From Chiloscyllium plagiosum (taxonomy: Eukaryota): 64,000 nt of DNA. The position numbers and the translations under genes are program-made. Every line of letters begins with the position of its first letter. Positions within the stretch are counted from its first letter, which is position 1. The stretch lies in the NCBI RefSeq assembly GCF_004010195.1, contig NC_057723.1:40537562-40601561 (forward strand), given 5' to 3'. Positions 1 through 13,040 of this stretch are shown here, piece by piece. The notes under the pieces were generated by a model. The model was not told where the DNA came from. It did not search any database and saw nothing but the letters and a program-made list of their open reading frames with translations.

Positions 1-818
1 CCAAGGATACTGGTGCCCCTCAGTTTCAGGTGTAGACCATCCTGTTTATAGAGGTCCCACCGTCCCCAGAAAGAACCCCAGTTATCCAAAAACCGGATTC
101 CCTCCCTCCTGCACCATCCCTGTAGCCACGCATTTAAGTGTTCTCTTTCCCTATTCCTCGAATCTCTATCACGTGGCACGGGTAACAAACCAGAGACAAC
201 AACTGTGTTCGTTCTAACTCTGAGCTTCCAACCTAGCTCCCTGAAAGCCTGTCTAACATCCTCGGCACTCCTCCTACCTATGTCGTTGGTGCCAATATGG
301 ACCACGACTTCGGGCTGGTCCCCCTCCCCCTCCAGGACCCGGGAAACACGATCAGAGACATCACGTACCCTTGCACCTGGGAGGCAACATACCAATCGTG
401 AGTCTCTCTCGTTCCCACAAAACCGCCTATCTGTGCCCCTAACTATCGGGTCCCCAATTACTACTGCTCTGCTCTTCTTCACCCTTCCCTTCTGTGTAAC
501 GGGGACAGGCTCCGTGCCAGAGACCTGTGCCCCGTTACTTACCCCTGGTAAGTCATCCCCCCCACAAGTATCCAAAACGGTATACTTGTTCTTGAGGGGA
601 ATGGCCGCAGGGGGTCCCTGCACTGGCTGCTTCCTCCCAGTCCCCCTCACTGTCACCCATCTATCTGCCATCTTTGGAGTTACTACTTCCCTAAAGCTCC
701 GATCTATGACCCCCTCTGCCTCCCGAATGATCCTAAGTTCATCCAACTCCAGCTCCAGTTCCCTAACACGGTCTTGGAGGAGCTGGAGATGGGTGCACTT
801 CCTGCAAGTGTTATCAGC
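1..818 (-). mobile_element. CR1-clade LINE ORF1 (SGNH/GDSL esterase-like domain); young, 5'-truncated, runs off the window start
   Basis: Minus-strand translation gives CRKC...LQDRVRELELELDELRIIRE (coiled coil), RAVVIGDPIVRGTDRRFCG...CCLPGARVRDV, VVHIGTND and WDLYKQDGLHL, which are the CR1 ORF1 esterase blocks. No stops were seen. Confidence 0.9.
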
Positions 819-819
819 A

Positions 820-2980
820 GGCTTGTTCATGTGTCTGCCGAAATGCCTCTGAGATGTTACAACCATACCTACGTCTACCACCTGCCCTGGCAGTATGTTC
901 CAGCCACCCCCTTGTAAAAGACTTGCCTTGCACATCGTCTTTAGAGTTTCTCCCTCTCATTTCAAATCTATGCCCCCTAATATTTGACATTTCCACTCTG
1001 GCAAAAAGACTCCGATTGTCCACCACAACCATGCCTCTCCTAATTTTATATACTTAATTCAGGTCACACCTCAGTCTCAGATGCTCTAGCGAAAACAATC
1101 TAAGTTTGTCCAACCTCTCCATATAGCTAATACACTCCAATCCAGGTAACATCCTGGTAAACCTTCTGCACCCTCACCAAAGCCTCCACATCTCTACTGT
1201 AATGTGGTGACTAGAACTGCACATAATCGTCCAAATGTGGTGTAACTAGAGTTTTATACAGCTGCAAAATGACTTTCAATTTTTACATTCAATGCCTTGA
1301 CCAATGAAGGCAAGCATGCCATATGCCTTCTTTACCACTTTATCCATGTATGTTGTCACTTTCAGTGAGCTATGGACTTGCATCCAAAATCCCACTGTAT
1401 ATCAATACACCTATGAGTCATGCCATTTACTGTACATTTTTGTTTTGCATTTGATCTGCCAAAATGCATCACCTCACATTTGTCAGGATAAAACTTGTCC
1501 AGATAAAATTCCATTTGCCAAGCCTCCTCCCAACTTTCCAACTAATCCACATCCTATATCTTTTGACAACCCTCCTCACTAACCACAACACCACTAACTT
1601 CCATGTCATCTGCAAACTTACTAATCGGACCACCTATATTTTTAGGTAAAAAAAATGACTGCAGATTCTGGAAACTATTTTTATCCAAATCATTTATATA
1701 TATTACAAAAGACAGGAGTCCCAGCACTGACCCTTGTGAAACAACACTGATCACAGGCCTTCAGTTCGAAAAATACCCTTCCATATCTACCTCTGTCTTC
1801 TATGACCAAGCCAATTTTGTATCCAACTGAGCAATGCACCATGGATCTCATATGATTTAATCTTCTGGACCAGGCTAACATGAGGGACCTTGTCAAATAT
1901 TTTAGTAAACTCCATGTTGACTATATTCACTACCCTACCCTCATCAATCAACTTTGTCACTTTCTCAAAAAGCTCAATCAAATTTGTGAGACAAGATCTC
2001 CCCTGCGCAAAACCATGCTGACTATCTCTAACAATTTCATTCCTTTCTAAATGCGAGCAAATCCCATCTCTAAGAGTCTTCTCCAATAATTTCCCGACCA
2101 CTGATACAAAACTCATTGGCTTATAATTTTCTGTTGCCCTTCTTAAACAAAGGAACAACATTGGCTATTTGCCAGTATTCTATAAGCCTTGGCTGTGGCT
2201 AAAGATGATACAAACATCTCTGTCAAGGCCCAAACAACCTCCTCCCTTGCCTTCTTCAGAATCCTAGGATAGATCCCATCAGGTTCTTAATGCTTTCATG
2301 ATGCCAAATAATTTCCTCCTTCTTAATATTGACATGCCAGAGAATATTGACATAACTTGCTCAAATCTTAACATAATTAACGCCCTTATCCTTGGCGAAT
2401 ACGAATGCTGAGCACTCATTAAGGAGTAAACAAAAACTGAAAGAACTGCAGATGCTGCAAATCAGAAACAAAAATAGAAATTACTGTAAATGTTCAGTAG
2501 GTCTGGCAGCATCTGTGAAGAGAAATCAGAGTTAATGTTTCAGGTGGAGTGATCTTTCAGACCTGAGGAAGGTCACTCGACCGAAAACGTAACTCTGATT
2601 TCTCTGCACAGATGCTGCCAGACCTGTTGAGCTTATCCAGCCAACTTTCTCTGGCTCCAAGCATAAAGTCCCACCTTTGTCCTTTGTTGGACCTACCCTT
2701 TCCCTAGCTACCCTCTTACTCCTAATTTATGTATAAAACACCCTGAGATTCTCCTTAATCTTACTCACTAAAGATATTTTGTAGCAAGCACAGCAGCATC
2801 AAGAAGTGGAGAAGTCGATGTTTCCAGTTTAACCCTTCTTCAGGAATGGGGATGGGGGTACTTCAAGGCCCTTTTTAGCCCTCCTAATTCCTTTAAGTTG
2901 TTTTAAGTTCTTTCCTGTTTCCTTTATTTTCCTCAACTGCCTTATCTGATTTGATCTAAGACTTCACAAAACCTACCTTT
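820..2980 (-). mobile_element. Older CR1 LINE ORF2 (RT to C-terminus), degraded and interrupted by PLE insertions
   Basis: ORF fragments NYKPMSFVSVVGKLLE...SQHGFAQGRSCLTNLIE...FDKVPH...WIQNWL, QGSVLG...IYINDLD and ISKFADD occur in shifting frames. Confidence 0.9.
2428..2641. mobile_element. PLE pLTR fold-back (family C) with hammerhead-like core
   Basis: Inverted arms (...GGTCTGGCAGCATCTGTG... / ...CACAGATGCTGCCAGACC...) surround CTGAGGA-A-GGTC-ACTC-GACC-GAAA-ACGT. Confidence 0.65.
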
Positions 2981-3074
2981 GACCAAACAGTTGGCCACCT
3001 GACCTTGATAGCTCTTATGTGGATTAATTTTATATAAAATCTAAAATCCAACCCAAACTTTCTATTTTTAATAG

Positions 3075-3185
3075 GAACAGCGATCCAAACGCTAGTGCTT
3101 CCAAATAAACTGTTGAACTATAATCTGGTGTTGTGTGATTTTTAACTTTGTACACACCATTCCAACACTGGCATTTCCAAATCAT
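3075..3185 (+). mobile_element. PLE pLTR fragment (family B)
   Basis: GCTAGTGCTTCCAAATAAAC...CTATAATCTGGTGTTGTGTGATTTTTAACTTTG matches the arms at 3946-4139 and 35713-35916. Confidence 0.65.
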
Positions 3186-3427
3186 TAATGCAGGAACACC
3201 ACCTCCAATTTTATTTTTATTTGTTCATTGGGTGTGAGATTGCTGACTAGACCAATATTTATTGCCCAACCCCAATTATCATGGAGTAGGTGGCTGTGGG
3301 CTGCTTTCTCGAACTGCTGCAGTCCTTGAAATTTATGGACACCACAGCACTGTATGAAAGGAATTCCAGGCTCAGTGACAAGGAAGGAACAATACATCTT
3401 CAACTCAGGATGGTGTGTAATATGGGC

Positions 3428-3518
3428 AGAGTCAAGAGTGTGGTGCTGGTAAAACACAGCAGATCAGGCAACATCCGAGGAACAGGAGAATCAACATTTC
3501 GGGCAGAAGCCCTTCAAG
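3428..3518 (-). mobile_element. PLE pLTR fragment (family A)
   Basis: GAGTGTGGTGCTGG...CAGGCAACATCCGAGGAACAGGAGAATCAACATTTCGGGCAGAAGCCCTTCA is the reverse complement of the pLTR at the 3' end of the PLEs at 51.5 kb and 62.7 kb. Confidence 0.7.
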
Positions 3519-3945
3519 TAGAAGTAAAGAATGCTGCCTGCAATTAGCTTTTATCATTCTGATATGTTAACATAGAAAGCTTTCAAAATTGTTGAAATTC
3601 TTGCATCAATTTTGTCGTCTGCACTCTGTTTGATCACTCCTGGTTGCATATCTTGTAGGACATCTTCATCATGTCCTCCCGTCATTCACAGATTGTTCTC
3701 ATTAGAAGCTTCTTTGTGGTCTAAGGTTACCAGCATACAACGGACAACATAAAATTTGTTTATCTTCAGCAAACAATCAAGAAATGTGAAAGATGAAGTG
3801 AATAGAACCACAATAGTAATTTGCATGATGCCAAATACAGGCAGCCTCCAGATCATCCTGTCTCTGGATAATCGGACTTACACTGACAGATGAGCATCAC
3901 GACGCCCTCAGAAGACCCACTTCCACACTGACTGCATGGTAATTA

Positions 3946-4139
3946 TGATTTGGAGATGCCAGTGTTGGCTTGGGGTGAACAAAGTTAAAAATCATACAAC
4001 TCCAGATTATAGTCCAATTGGTTTATTTGGAAGTACTAGCTTTCAAAGCGCTGCTTTTTCACCAGGTGGTACCTTTGAAAGCTAGTGCTTCTAAATAAAC
4101 CTATTGGACTATAACCTGGTGTTGTGAGATTTTTAACTT
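3946..4139. mobile_element. PLE pLTR fold-back (family B) with 13-bp TSD
   Basis: Inverted arms run AAAGTTAAAAATC...TAGCTTTC / GAAAGCTA...ATTTTTAACTTT. The direct repeat TGCATGGTAATTA lies at 3933-3945 and 4140-4152. Confidence 0.8.
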
Positions 4140-4925
4140 TGCATGGTAATTACCTGAGAAGTTTAAATTTCTGGTGGGCAATTACCTAGCATCTAGAAAT
4201 CTCTGTAAAAAAAACCCAACTCTTGAGTTAGAGACAGAGAATTTGGAGGGTTCTGAGTTACATGACAGCTAGCGAGGAAAGATTACAGTGGTCAGCATGC
4301 TCTCGCTCCTGTATAACTATAAAACTGACCTCCTTAGTCAGTCATACTGACCCCTGACACAGATACCCAACCTGTCAGCCCTCCCCCAGTGAACGTCCAT
4401 CCCACCCAACCATCTGCCTTCCCTGACATAACCTAAAATATCCCCTCTCAATGCCCCATGTGTTCTGGGAGGCAGGGTGGACATGATAAAAAATGTGTTT
4501 GACAGCAGCAGTGCTTGGAACATTCAGATGAGTAAATCTTTTAAAAATCTCAAGACACTTTATAGAGGTGCAAAAATACGAATGTTCGGAGCAAGTGGAT
4601 GTAACAGATAGATTTGGGAAATCCTGACTTGCACAGTTTTGCAGACAGTTTTGCAGATTGCAATCTGTAGACTTCATACAACATTTTTGTTTTCACCAGG
4701 GATGGGTTTACATTGCAGTTTGCAAGGCATGAGGTGTGTGTGCAGAGACAGGGCCAGTTATAATGCCTGTCTCACTTCTCCAACATTATAGCTTTGCTCC
4801 AAGCAGTTTTTAAAGGACTCAAATTTTCACCCCTTATCTCTCTCAATCCTTATTGCCCTATGCTAGTAAATGCCTCCTCAACTCGTCCCATGCCACCAAT
4901 ATGCCCCCAAGTGTCCTCACCGTGT

Positions 4926-5083
4926 GGGCGGCACGGTGGCACAGTGGTTAGCACTGCTGCCTCGCAGCGCCAGAGACCCGGGTTCAATTCCCGCCTCAGG
5001 CGACTGACTGTGTGGAGTTTGCACGTTCTCCCCGTGTCTAATCTAATCTAATCTAATCTAATCTAATCTAATCTAATCTAATC
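4926..5083 (+). mobile_element. HE1-type V-SINE head fused directly to a (TCTAA)n tail (internally deleted)
   Basis: It has a tRNA-like A box (TGGCACAGTGG), a B box (GGTTCAATTCC) and the start of the V-domain (TGTGTGGAGTTTGCACGTTCTCCCCGTGTCT), followed by about 9 TCTAA units. Confidence 0.9.
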
Positions 5084-7315
5084 AATGTCCTGAAATGATA
5101 AAGAAGATAAAAGTACATGGGATCCAGGGTAACTTTGCAAATTGGATCCAAAATGGCTTAGTGGTAGGAGACAGAGTGTGGTGGCAAAATGCTGTTTGTG
5201 ACTGGAAGTCAGTGTCTAGTGGCGAACAACAGGGATCAGTGCTGGTCCACAATTGTTCATAATATATGCAAGTAATAATAGATAAAAACACCATGAAGGT
5301 CCTGCCTTCCCAACCTTACCCTTCCCCTGAACTTTGAGGGCCCTCAGGTTAAATTCACCACAAGTTATCTCTCTCTGACGAGTGAGCAGCCTTATGGCCT
5401 TCAGGGAATATGGCTGGTTACCTTTTCATTTTCTAGGTGTGAACATGCAGGGGGATGATTAAGGAGTTTGTGGATGACTGAAAGATTGGCCAGGTTGTCA
5501 ATAGTGAGGAAGGAGGTCTTAGGGGTTAGAGATAGGAAGGTAGAGATGGATTGGTCAGATGGGCAGATCAGTGGCAGATGTAAGTTAACACTGAAATGTG
5601 AGGAAGAGGTAACAAGGCAAGGTTAGTGCCAAATGAAAGATTGACAGGGTTGATAGATACAAGAAGGATGTACTTGATGACCAACATATCCAGAATTAGG
5701 GGTCACAGTCTAAGGATAAGGGGTAGGCCTTTTATGACAAGAGATGAAAAGTTTCTTCACCCAGAGCTTGGTGATCCTGTGGAGTTTGCTACCACAGGAA
5801 ACTCTTAAGGCTAAAACATTGAAAGCTTTCAAGAAATATGTAGATATAGTTCTTAGGATGAAATGAATCAAAGGTTACAATGAGAAAGCAGGAACAGGTT
5901 CTAAACTGAATGAACAGCAGAACAGGATCAAATGGCAAATGGCCGATTCCTGCTCCTATTTTCTATGTTTCAAAATCAGGATTGCAATGGAATACTGGAA
6001 ATGTGACTGGGTGAGCACAGGTCCAACATCACTGAAGAAGCTTAACATTATTGTTGTGGATTTGTGGTGATAAGGTGCGCTGTCACTTTATGAATTCAAT
6101 CATGTGATGTCATAGCATCATTGGTCATTTTGGAGGGAAACAACTCAAGTCTAGCTTGCTGCCTTGCAAAGTGATCACCTCCAAAATAAAGCTTATGTTG
6201 TTGTTAAATGCTTAGGCATCCGAACCATCTTGAAATGTAACCACCATCCAGGTTACTGAGTTGGATGATCAGCCATGATCATATTGTGCTGCAGACCAGT
6301 TTTGAACGGCAAACTAGCCGATCGCTGCTGCTATATTCTATGTTTCTATGAACGGTAGGACATTGGGAAACTTAGAGGAACAGAAGGATCGGGGGGTGCT
6401 TGTCAACAGATCCCTGAAGGTAACAGGACAGGTTAATAGTGTGGTTAAGATGGAATAGGGGGAACTTACCATTAACAGTCATGGCATAATTGTAAGAGCA
6501 GAAAGAACATGTTGGAATTGTACAAAACTTTCGTTAGGCCACAGCTGGAGTACTGTGTGCAGTTCTGGTTATCACACTATGGTGTTCTTCTATAATATGC
6601 ATTTCAGTCATGTGCAAACTTACTAACCCACCCATCAACATTTTCATTCAAGTCATTTATATATATCACAAATAGCAGAGGTCCCAGTGTGGATCCCCGC
6701 ACAGAACACCACAAGTCACAGACCTCCAGCCTGAAAAACAACATTCCAGAATTACTCTGCCTTCGATGGGCAAGCCAATTCTGAATCCATGTGGCCAAGT
6801 CACCATGGATCCCATGCACCTTAATCTTCTGGATGTGCCTACCATGAAGGACCTTGTCGAAAGCCTTACTAAAATCTATCTAGTTAGTAAGACCTGCTCT
6901 GCACAAAGCCATGCTGTCCCTAATAAGGTCATGCTTTTCCAAATGTGTTATATTTTCAATTTCCTATATTGAAGTTATAAGCTTATGAGGGAAATGTACA
7001 GTGTGGATAGGAAGCAGCTCTTCCATAGTTGAGGAGTCAATAACAAGGGGGCATAATTTTCATGTTAAAGGAAGAGGTTTCAAGGGGATTTGAGGAAAAT
7101 ATCTTTCACCCGCAGAGTGGTAGGAATCCACAATGCACTGACTGGTAGTGCAGTGAAGGCATGAAATCTCACAACCTTTAAAATGTACAAAGATTAACAT
7201 TTGCAATGTCATAACATTCAAGGCTATGGCCTAAGTGCTGAAAAGTGGGATTAGTGTAGATTGGACAATGAAAACTTGATGGGCTGAAAAGCCTCTTCTG
7301 TGCTAAATTATTGTA
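5084..7315. mobile_element. Cluster of degraded CR1 LINE fragments (mostly +; 6605-6950 on -) with other short repeats
   Basis: Remnants include WIQNWL, GSTLGPLLFVIYINDL...WVSKFAHD and RIRGHSLRIRGRPF, plus CR1-type 3' tails (CTCCTATTTTCTATGTTTC). Confidence 0.8.
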
Positions 7316-8361
7316 TTTCCATATGCTCACTAAGATTGCCTCATGCCACCTCTAGCCCAGTGTCTTCCATACCTCTTCAAATTCTCCCTTGCTACTTCTG
7401 TGCCCCTTAGATCACCAGTGCCACATCAGCACCTCTATGCTCCCCATGCATCCTCCATAAAACTATGTCAAAGACACAATCTGTTATTACAACTTATTCA
7501 AACTGTCATTCATTCTCAAATGAGTGGAGCATGTAATGTTCTGAAATCTATGAACACTTCAAAGTCATTGATGAATTTATACTAGCCACAGAATGCCCTT
7601 TCAGAAGGAAAGAGCAGATGATAACTTCATTTTCAAAACAGTGCTTGACAAGAGATCTAAGAAAGCAAAGAGTTAAATTTCTGTTTTCAAATATCAAACA
7701 GACTTTTTAAAAAATATGTTGTCAATATTTCCATGCTTTCTGCACAAGGATAAGAAGTGTAAAGTGCTGAAATCCTTCTGCCATGATACTTTCATGGTCT
7801 ATCTAATTGAAGCTTTCATACAGTTGCAGAACATCAGTTTTTCTTTCAAAAATTACAAATCACGCTTTTCTAAGCAGTTGCACACTTACCATAATTCTAC
7901 AATACTATTATTCTTATTGTAAGGTACATTGGTCCTTTACATAATGTTTCTGGGAGAATGGGCATGGAAGTGATATGAGTTGGCATGGGGATAGGATGGG
8001 CCATAGGAAAAGGGGCAGTTAGGATGGACATGAATTGGTATTCACTTAGAATGTGACTATAAAGGACCATGGGGATGGTGGGGAGGAGGAGCGTCATGGA
8101 TTTGCATGGAGAAGATATGTAAAAGATATTTTAAAGTTACGTTTCAAAAGACTACCACATCCAAATTATGACCCATGAGAACTATTGGAGCCCTGGAGAT
8201 GTCTAATCCTGGAAGGGAGTTGGCCAGATTGGGGATGCAGAGTACTGTTTTGCAACCCAAACCCGTCTCCTGCATCATCCAGCAGTTGGCATGTTGGTAA
8301 CGTGGTTGGGAATTTCAGAATAGCTCTACCCCCCTCCATTTGTTAATGGCTCCAGTGTCGT

Positions 8362-8912
8362 AGAATCATAGAGTCATAGAGATGTACAGCACGGAAACAG
8401 ATCCTTTGGTCCAACCCATCTGTGCCGACCAGATATCCCAACCCAATCTAGTCCCACCTGTCAGCACTTGGCCCATATCCTTCTAAGCCCTTCCTGTTCA
8501 TATACCCATCCAAATGTCTTTTAACTGTTGCAATTGTACCAGCCTCCACCACTTCCTCTGGCAGCTTATTCCATATACGTACTACCCTTTGCGTGAAAAA
8601 GTTGCCCTTGAGGTCTCTTTTATATCTTTCCCCTCTCACCCTAAACCTATGCCCTCTAGTTCTGGACTCCCCCATCCCAGGGAAAATACTTTGTCTATTT
8701 ATCCTATCCATGCCCCTCATAATTTTGTAAACCTCTATAAGGTCACCCCTCAGCCTCTGAAAACAGTCCCAGCCTGTTCAGCCTCTCCCTGTAGCTCAAA
8801 TCCTCCAACCCTGGCAACATCCTTGTAAATCTTTTCTGAACCCTTTCAAGTTTCACAACATCTTTCCGATAGGAAGGAGACCAGAATTGCACGCAATATT
8901 CCAACAGTGGTC
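8362..8912 (-). mobile_element. CR1/HER1-like LINE 3' end (young, 5'-truncated)
   Basis: ORF2 C-terminus SRTRGHRFRVRGERYKRDLKGNFFTQRVVRIWNKLPEEVVEAG...WD* is followed by a 3' UTR and a (TCTATGAC)-type octamer tail. Confidence 0.93.
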
Positions 8913-11461
8913 TGTGTCCTTAAGATTCTGTGAAAACCTGGCACTGTATCTCCACTAGTGCCCTGGATGCAACCAAAAGAAACATGGCCAGTGGAGATGT
9001 GAACATCAAATTCAGCAGGTAACAAATCGCCGTGACAACCTAAATTGTCAAAAGCACTGACAAAAGGTTGAGAAAGCTGAGCCTTTGAAGATTCTTATGC
9101 ACAAACAGTACTCCTACAACCTCAACCCCTATGCTGGTTTATTCTCTGCTGCTCCCTCCATAGCATTTATTTGCTGCAGATGATGCCAATTGCCTTCCTT
9201 GCTTAAATACCTGAAGTGGTCATCATGTCAGCCATCCTGATACTGTTTGTGTGAACACCTCTAACTTAATTGATAAGTTTCTGATAAGTATTCTCACCAA
9301 TACAATTTCCAGACAGAACAACAAAAGAATCTCAATCATTATTCAGATTGGAGACATGATGCATTGCAATAAAGTGTTGCTCAATCTCACAAATTTAACA
9401 ATGCAGCTCCTCCTCATACACTCTCTTTTGCATTTTATAAGGGACATTCAGCCTGGCGGTGACAAAGAAATTAGTACAAATTTTCTGTGATAGGGACAAT
9501 TTGAAAGTTAACAGTTGAATATAAAGAAGAAAATTGCACAGTCAGAATCCTAATTTCAGGGTTAAAAAGGATGTTCCAAGTATTTGTCCTCAGTCTGTGA
9601 TAATTGAAGGGAATTGAAATCTTTGGTGAGGAATTGTACCATTTCTGTGAGACGAAGATGATGGCTCTGTCCTTTGTTTAAATGGAATGAGTAGAGTTTC
9701 TCCTGGTCATCAATCATGATTCTGGAGCAAGATGCTTTTGTTTTAAGATAGAGTTTTTACACCCGCAACCCATCCCAAATCACTGCTCAAATTAATTTCC
9801 ATATTGCAAAATGCAAAACCTTCTATGGTCTATTACAGTCAGTCACAGGTTTTGAGAGGTAACGGATGTAATTTTCATAAAATATTTTAGGAGATAAAGA
9901 TAGACTCGAGCTGAAATGCAAGTTTAGCACAAGGCACCATCTTGGTAAAGGAATTGAAAGTGAACCCTCTTGTGACGCCGTGGTAGCACCATTACCCCTG
10001 GATTGGCAGGCTGTGTAATAACATCAGATTAGATTAGAAAAACAAACTAAATAATTTTTTTTTAAAGGAATTGAAATCATTGGCAGGAACAAGTGTGCAG
10101 AGCATGTTAAACAGCAAAATGACATTTTAAAACATCTGCTATTGTGCATTAAAGATCTTGCCCAGAATTTAGTAACTAGCAGTTTGACTGATTCCTAACT
10201 CCCAACCAGCTACTCAAGGGTGATGTGGATGTCAATGTCTTGTCCTTCTTGGCCCAAATGTAACCTTTCGGCATAACTGGTTCACTCATGCCTTTTCGTA
10301 ACCTCTAGCGTTGACTATCTCACTGCAGTCCTGGCAAATTCAGTCCTGAAAGTCCTCAAATCATTTGGGACAATCACTCCTGGGGATGAACAATCAGAGA
10401 ACGGTTGTCCCATGAGTAGAACAGAAGAAAATGGTGAGTCGCTGTTCCTGCAATGATAGGCTGGTTCTCTTCCATCCCTGCTGCTGGCAGCTTCACAGAA
10501 AACCTACTAGTCCCAATAGCATTCAGAACCAACCTGTCACTGAAAGGGCAGTGAGTAGTTAGGAAAGCCAATGTTTGCACTGAGAGAGTCATTAAGAAAG
10601 TGCCTTTTGCTAGGAGTCAAGGGTCAGGGGCCAGGGGCTGGAGGTCAGGATAAGAGGAGCTGGGGAACTGTGAGCTAGTAGTGGGCAGGTTTAGAGCAGA
10701 AGAGGCCAAAATGGGAGAGTTGTAGGGAAAGAACAAGGCTGAAAAAGGTGTGATGAGGGTGAAGGAGGCTACAAGAGGGGTATTGAGGGACAAGAAAGCT
10801 GCAAAAGGCATGCAGGAATGAAGCAGAAGGAAGAGGGTGAGACAGGGGAAGAAGCAAGCTGAAGAAGGAGGTTGTAATAGCACAAGGGAAGATAAGGAGC
10901 CTGGAAGATGGGTGCAGGAAGAAGAACCCTGTAAAGGAAAAAGAACAATATTAAACCTGATTACAAAGAAAATCAATGTGGAATCTCTATCTTAAGGTTC
11001 TGTAACTTCAGGACTTATTATGCTTGGAGAAAATGCAGCAGATTGTATTGTGATGGACACTGTCAGTTGTTAACTGTCAATCTGGTAGTAAATACGGTTG
11101 TAACTGTGTGTTTAAAATGTCACTTCATGGAAGTGAATATAATGGAAATGCATTAGCTGTAATCTCATGAATCTGTAGGTGGTGTGTTAAGGGTGGGATG
11201 GTTTTTCCTATAGAGAAGTGTGTTTCAATTATTTTGAAAAAAACTTTAGCTAATTTATAGGTATTGTCTTGGACCAATGTAAAGACCGTGGTGTCGAGGA
11301 AATTGATAATTTCCTTGTGTGCTGTGGTTTTATATTTAATTGTTAATTATTGAGAATATTTACAAATTATTTTAATTCAACGTAAGTATGGAAGATTTTG
11401 GCATGACAATACAGTATCACCTAATTAATAAATTAGTGAGATTGAAAATATAACCATTAAA

Positions 11462-11800
11462 AACTGAAAAGATCTTGATCGGATGGGCCAATGGGCTAAG
11501 AAGTGGCAGATGGAGTTTAATTCAGATAAATGCGTGGTGCTGCATTTTGGAAAGGCAAATCAGAGCAGAACTTATACATTTAATGGTAAGGTCCTGGGAA
11601 GTGTTGCTGAAAACAGAAACCCCGATGTGCAGATTCATAGTTCCTTGAGTCCCAGGTAGATAAGATAGTGAAGAAGCCGTTTGGTATGCTTTCTTTTATT
11701 GGTCAGACCATTGACTACAGGAGTTGGGGGGTCATGTTGTGGCTGTACAGGACATTGGTTAGGTCACTTTTGGAATACTATGTGCAATTCTGGTCTCCCA
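11462..11800 (+). mobile_element. CR1 LINE ORF2 fragment
   Basis: WAKKWQMEFNSDKCVVLHFG and LYRTLVRSLLEYYVQFWSP. Confidence 0.88.
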
Positions 11801-12110
11801 CCTATCCGCTCAACCCCCACTCCAACCTATCACCATCATCCCTCACCTTCATCTACCTATTGCCTTCCAAACTATCTTCCTCCCAGCCCCAGCTCCCCCC
11901 TCCCATTTATCTCTCAGCCCCCTTAGCACCCACCCCAACCTCTCCCATACATTCCTGATGAAGGGCTTATGCCCAAAACGTCATCACCCTGCTTCACGGA
12001 TGCTGCCTGACCTGCTGTGCTTTTCCAGCATCACACGTTTTGACTACAACTGGCGTTGTGTGATTTTTAACTTTGTCCACCCTAGTTCAACAGTGGCACC
12101 TCCACATCAT
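11801..12110 (+). mobile_element. PLE 3' end (family A pLTR) followed by a family B pLTR piece
   Basis: A C-rich 3' region is followed by ATTCCTGATGAAGGGCTTATGCCCAAAACGTC and GGATGCTGCCTGACCTGCTGTGCTTTTCCAGC, then GTTGTGTGATTTTTAACTTTGTCCAC. Confidence 0.8.
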
Positions 12111-13040
12111 GGCACATTTATATTGACAGCATCCGTTTTACTGATCATAAGGAATTTCAACTTTGATCAATGCATTGAACTACATCCATTATGCTAAATC
12201 TCTATAAATTATTGGATAGGCACAAACTTGTGTATCATGTAAAATTCTAAGCATCACTTTCGAAAGGAATCTGAAGGGCCTCAAAGATGCTGAGAATGTT
12301 TACCAGCATGATGCCTAGGATAAGGAACTTAAGTTGTGATCTTGGGTTTTTCTATGTTACTTTAAATAAAGATCAAATTTCAGAGTGGGGTCTAGGGCAA
12401 AGGTCATGTCCTTAACGGCACGTGTTGGGCACTTCAGAGAGAAATTATTAAAACACCTTATTGCATAAATGATAATAGATAAATGGGAATTCCTTTTCCA
12501 AAAAGCAGCAGACTCCCACTCAGTTATTCTTTTAAAATCTAAATTTGGTAGATTTTTAATCATCAAGATTACTAAACTGTATGTTGTCAAGATGGATGAT
12601 TTGAGTAAAGATACAGATCACCCATAATCCCATTAAATGGTAAAACAGGCTTACAGGTTCAAGTGCCTTAATGTCCTAATTCTATTCTTATGTTTTTAGA
12701 ATTAAAATGGATAACCACAGTCTGTTTCTCACAATATTCAAATAATGAATTCTCCCACATACAAATCCAATGTTAAAAGTCATCAGCTAAGTAGCATACC
12801 AAATTGCATCTGAATGAAATACTCAAAACTGGCATATTGTTATTGAAAGATATTAAACTATGGGATGATTATGGCAGGGACTGTTAAAGGGAAATTTGAA
12901 TACCCAGTTATCAACCTCAGGAATTATATAAGATTCCAGCTTTAAAACAAATGAATTTTACTGTACAAAAAGCAATTAAAACAAATACTATTTAATACTA
13001 TCTTAGGTGTATACTGATACTTTACATTGAAAGCTTAATA

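Noticed and set aside
205-852. 215-aa plus-strand ORF
   Set aside because: It is the antisense shadow of the CR1 ORF1 on the minus strand.
4926-5005. tRNA gene (also at the other HE1 heads)
   Set aside because: The A/B boxes belong to the tRNA-derived SINE head and continue into the V-domain, so this is not a standalone tRNA.
10617-10976. 119-aa Leu/Ser/Phe-rich ORF
   Set aside because: It is the translation of a low-complexity purine-rich (GA) tract, probably part of an old non-autonomous transposon.
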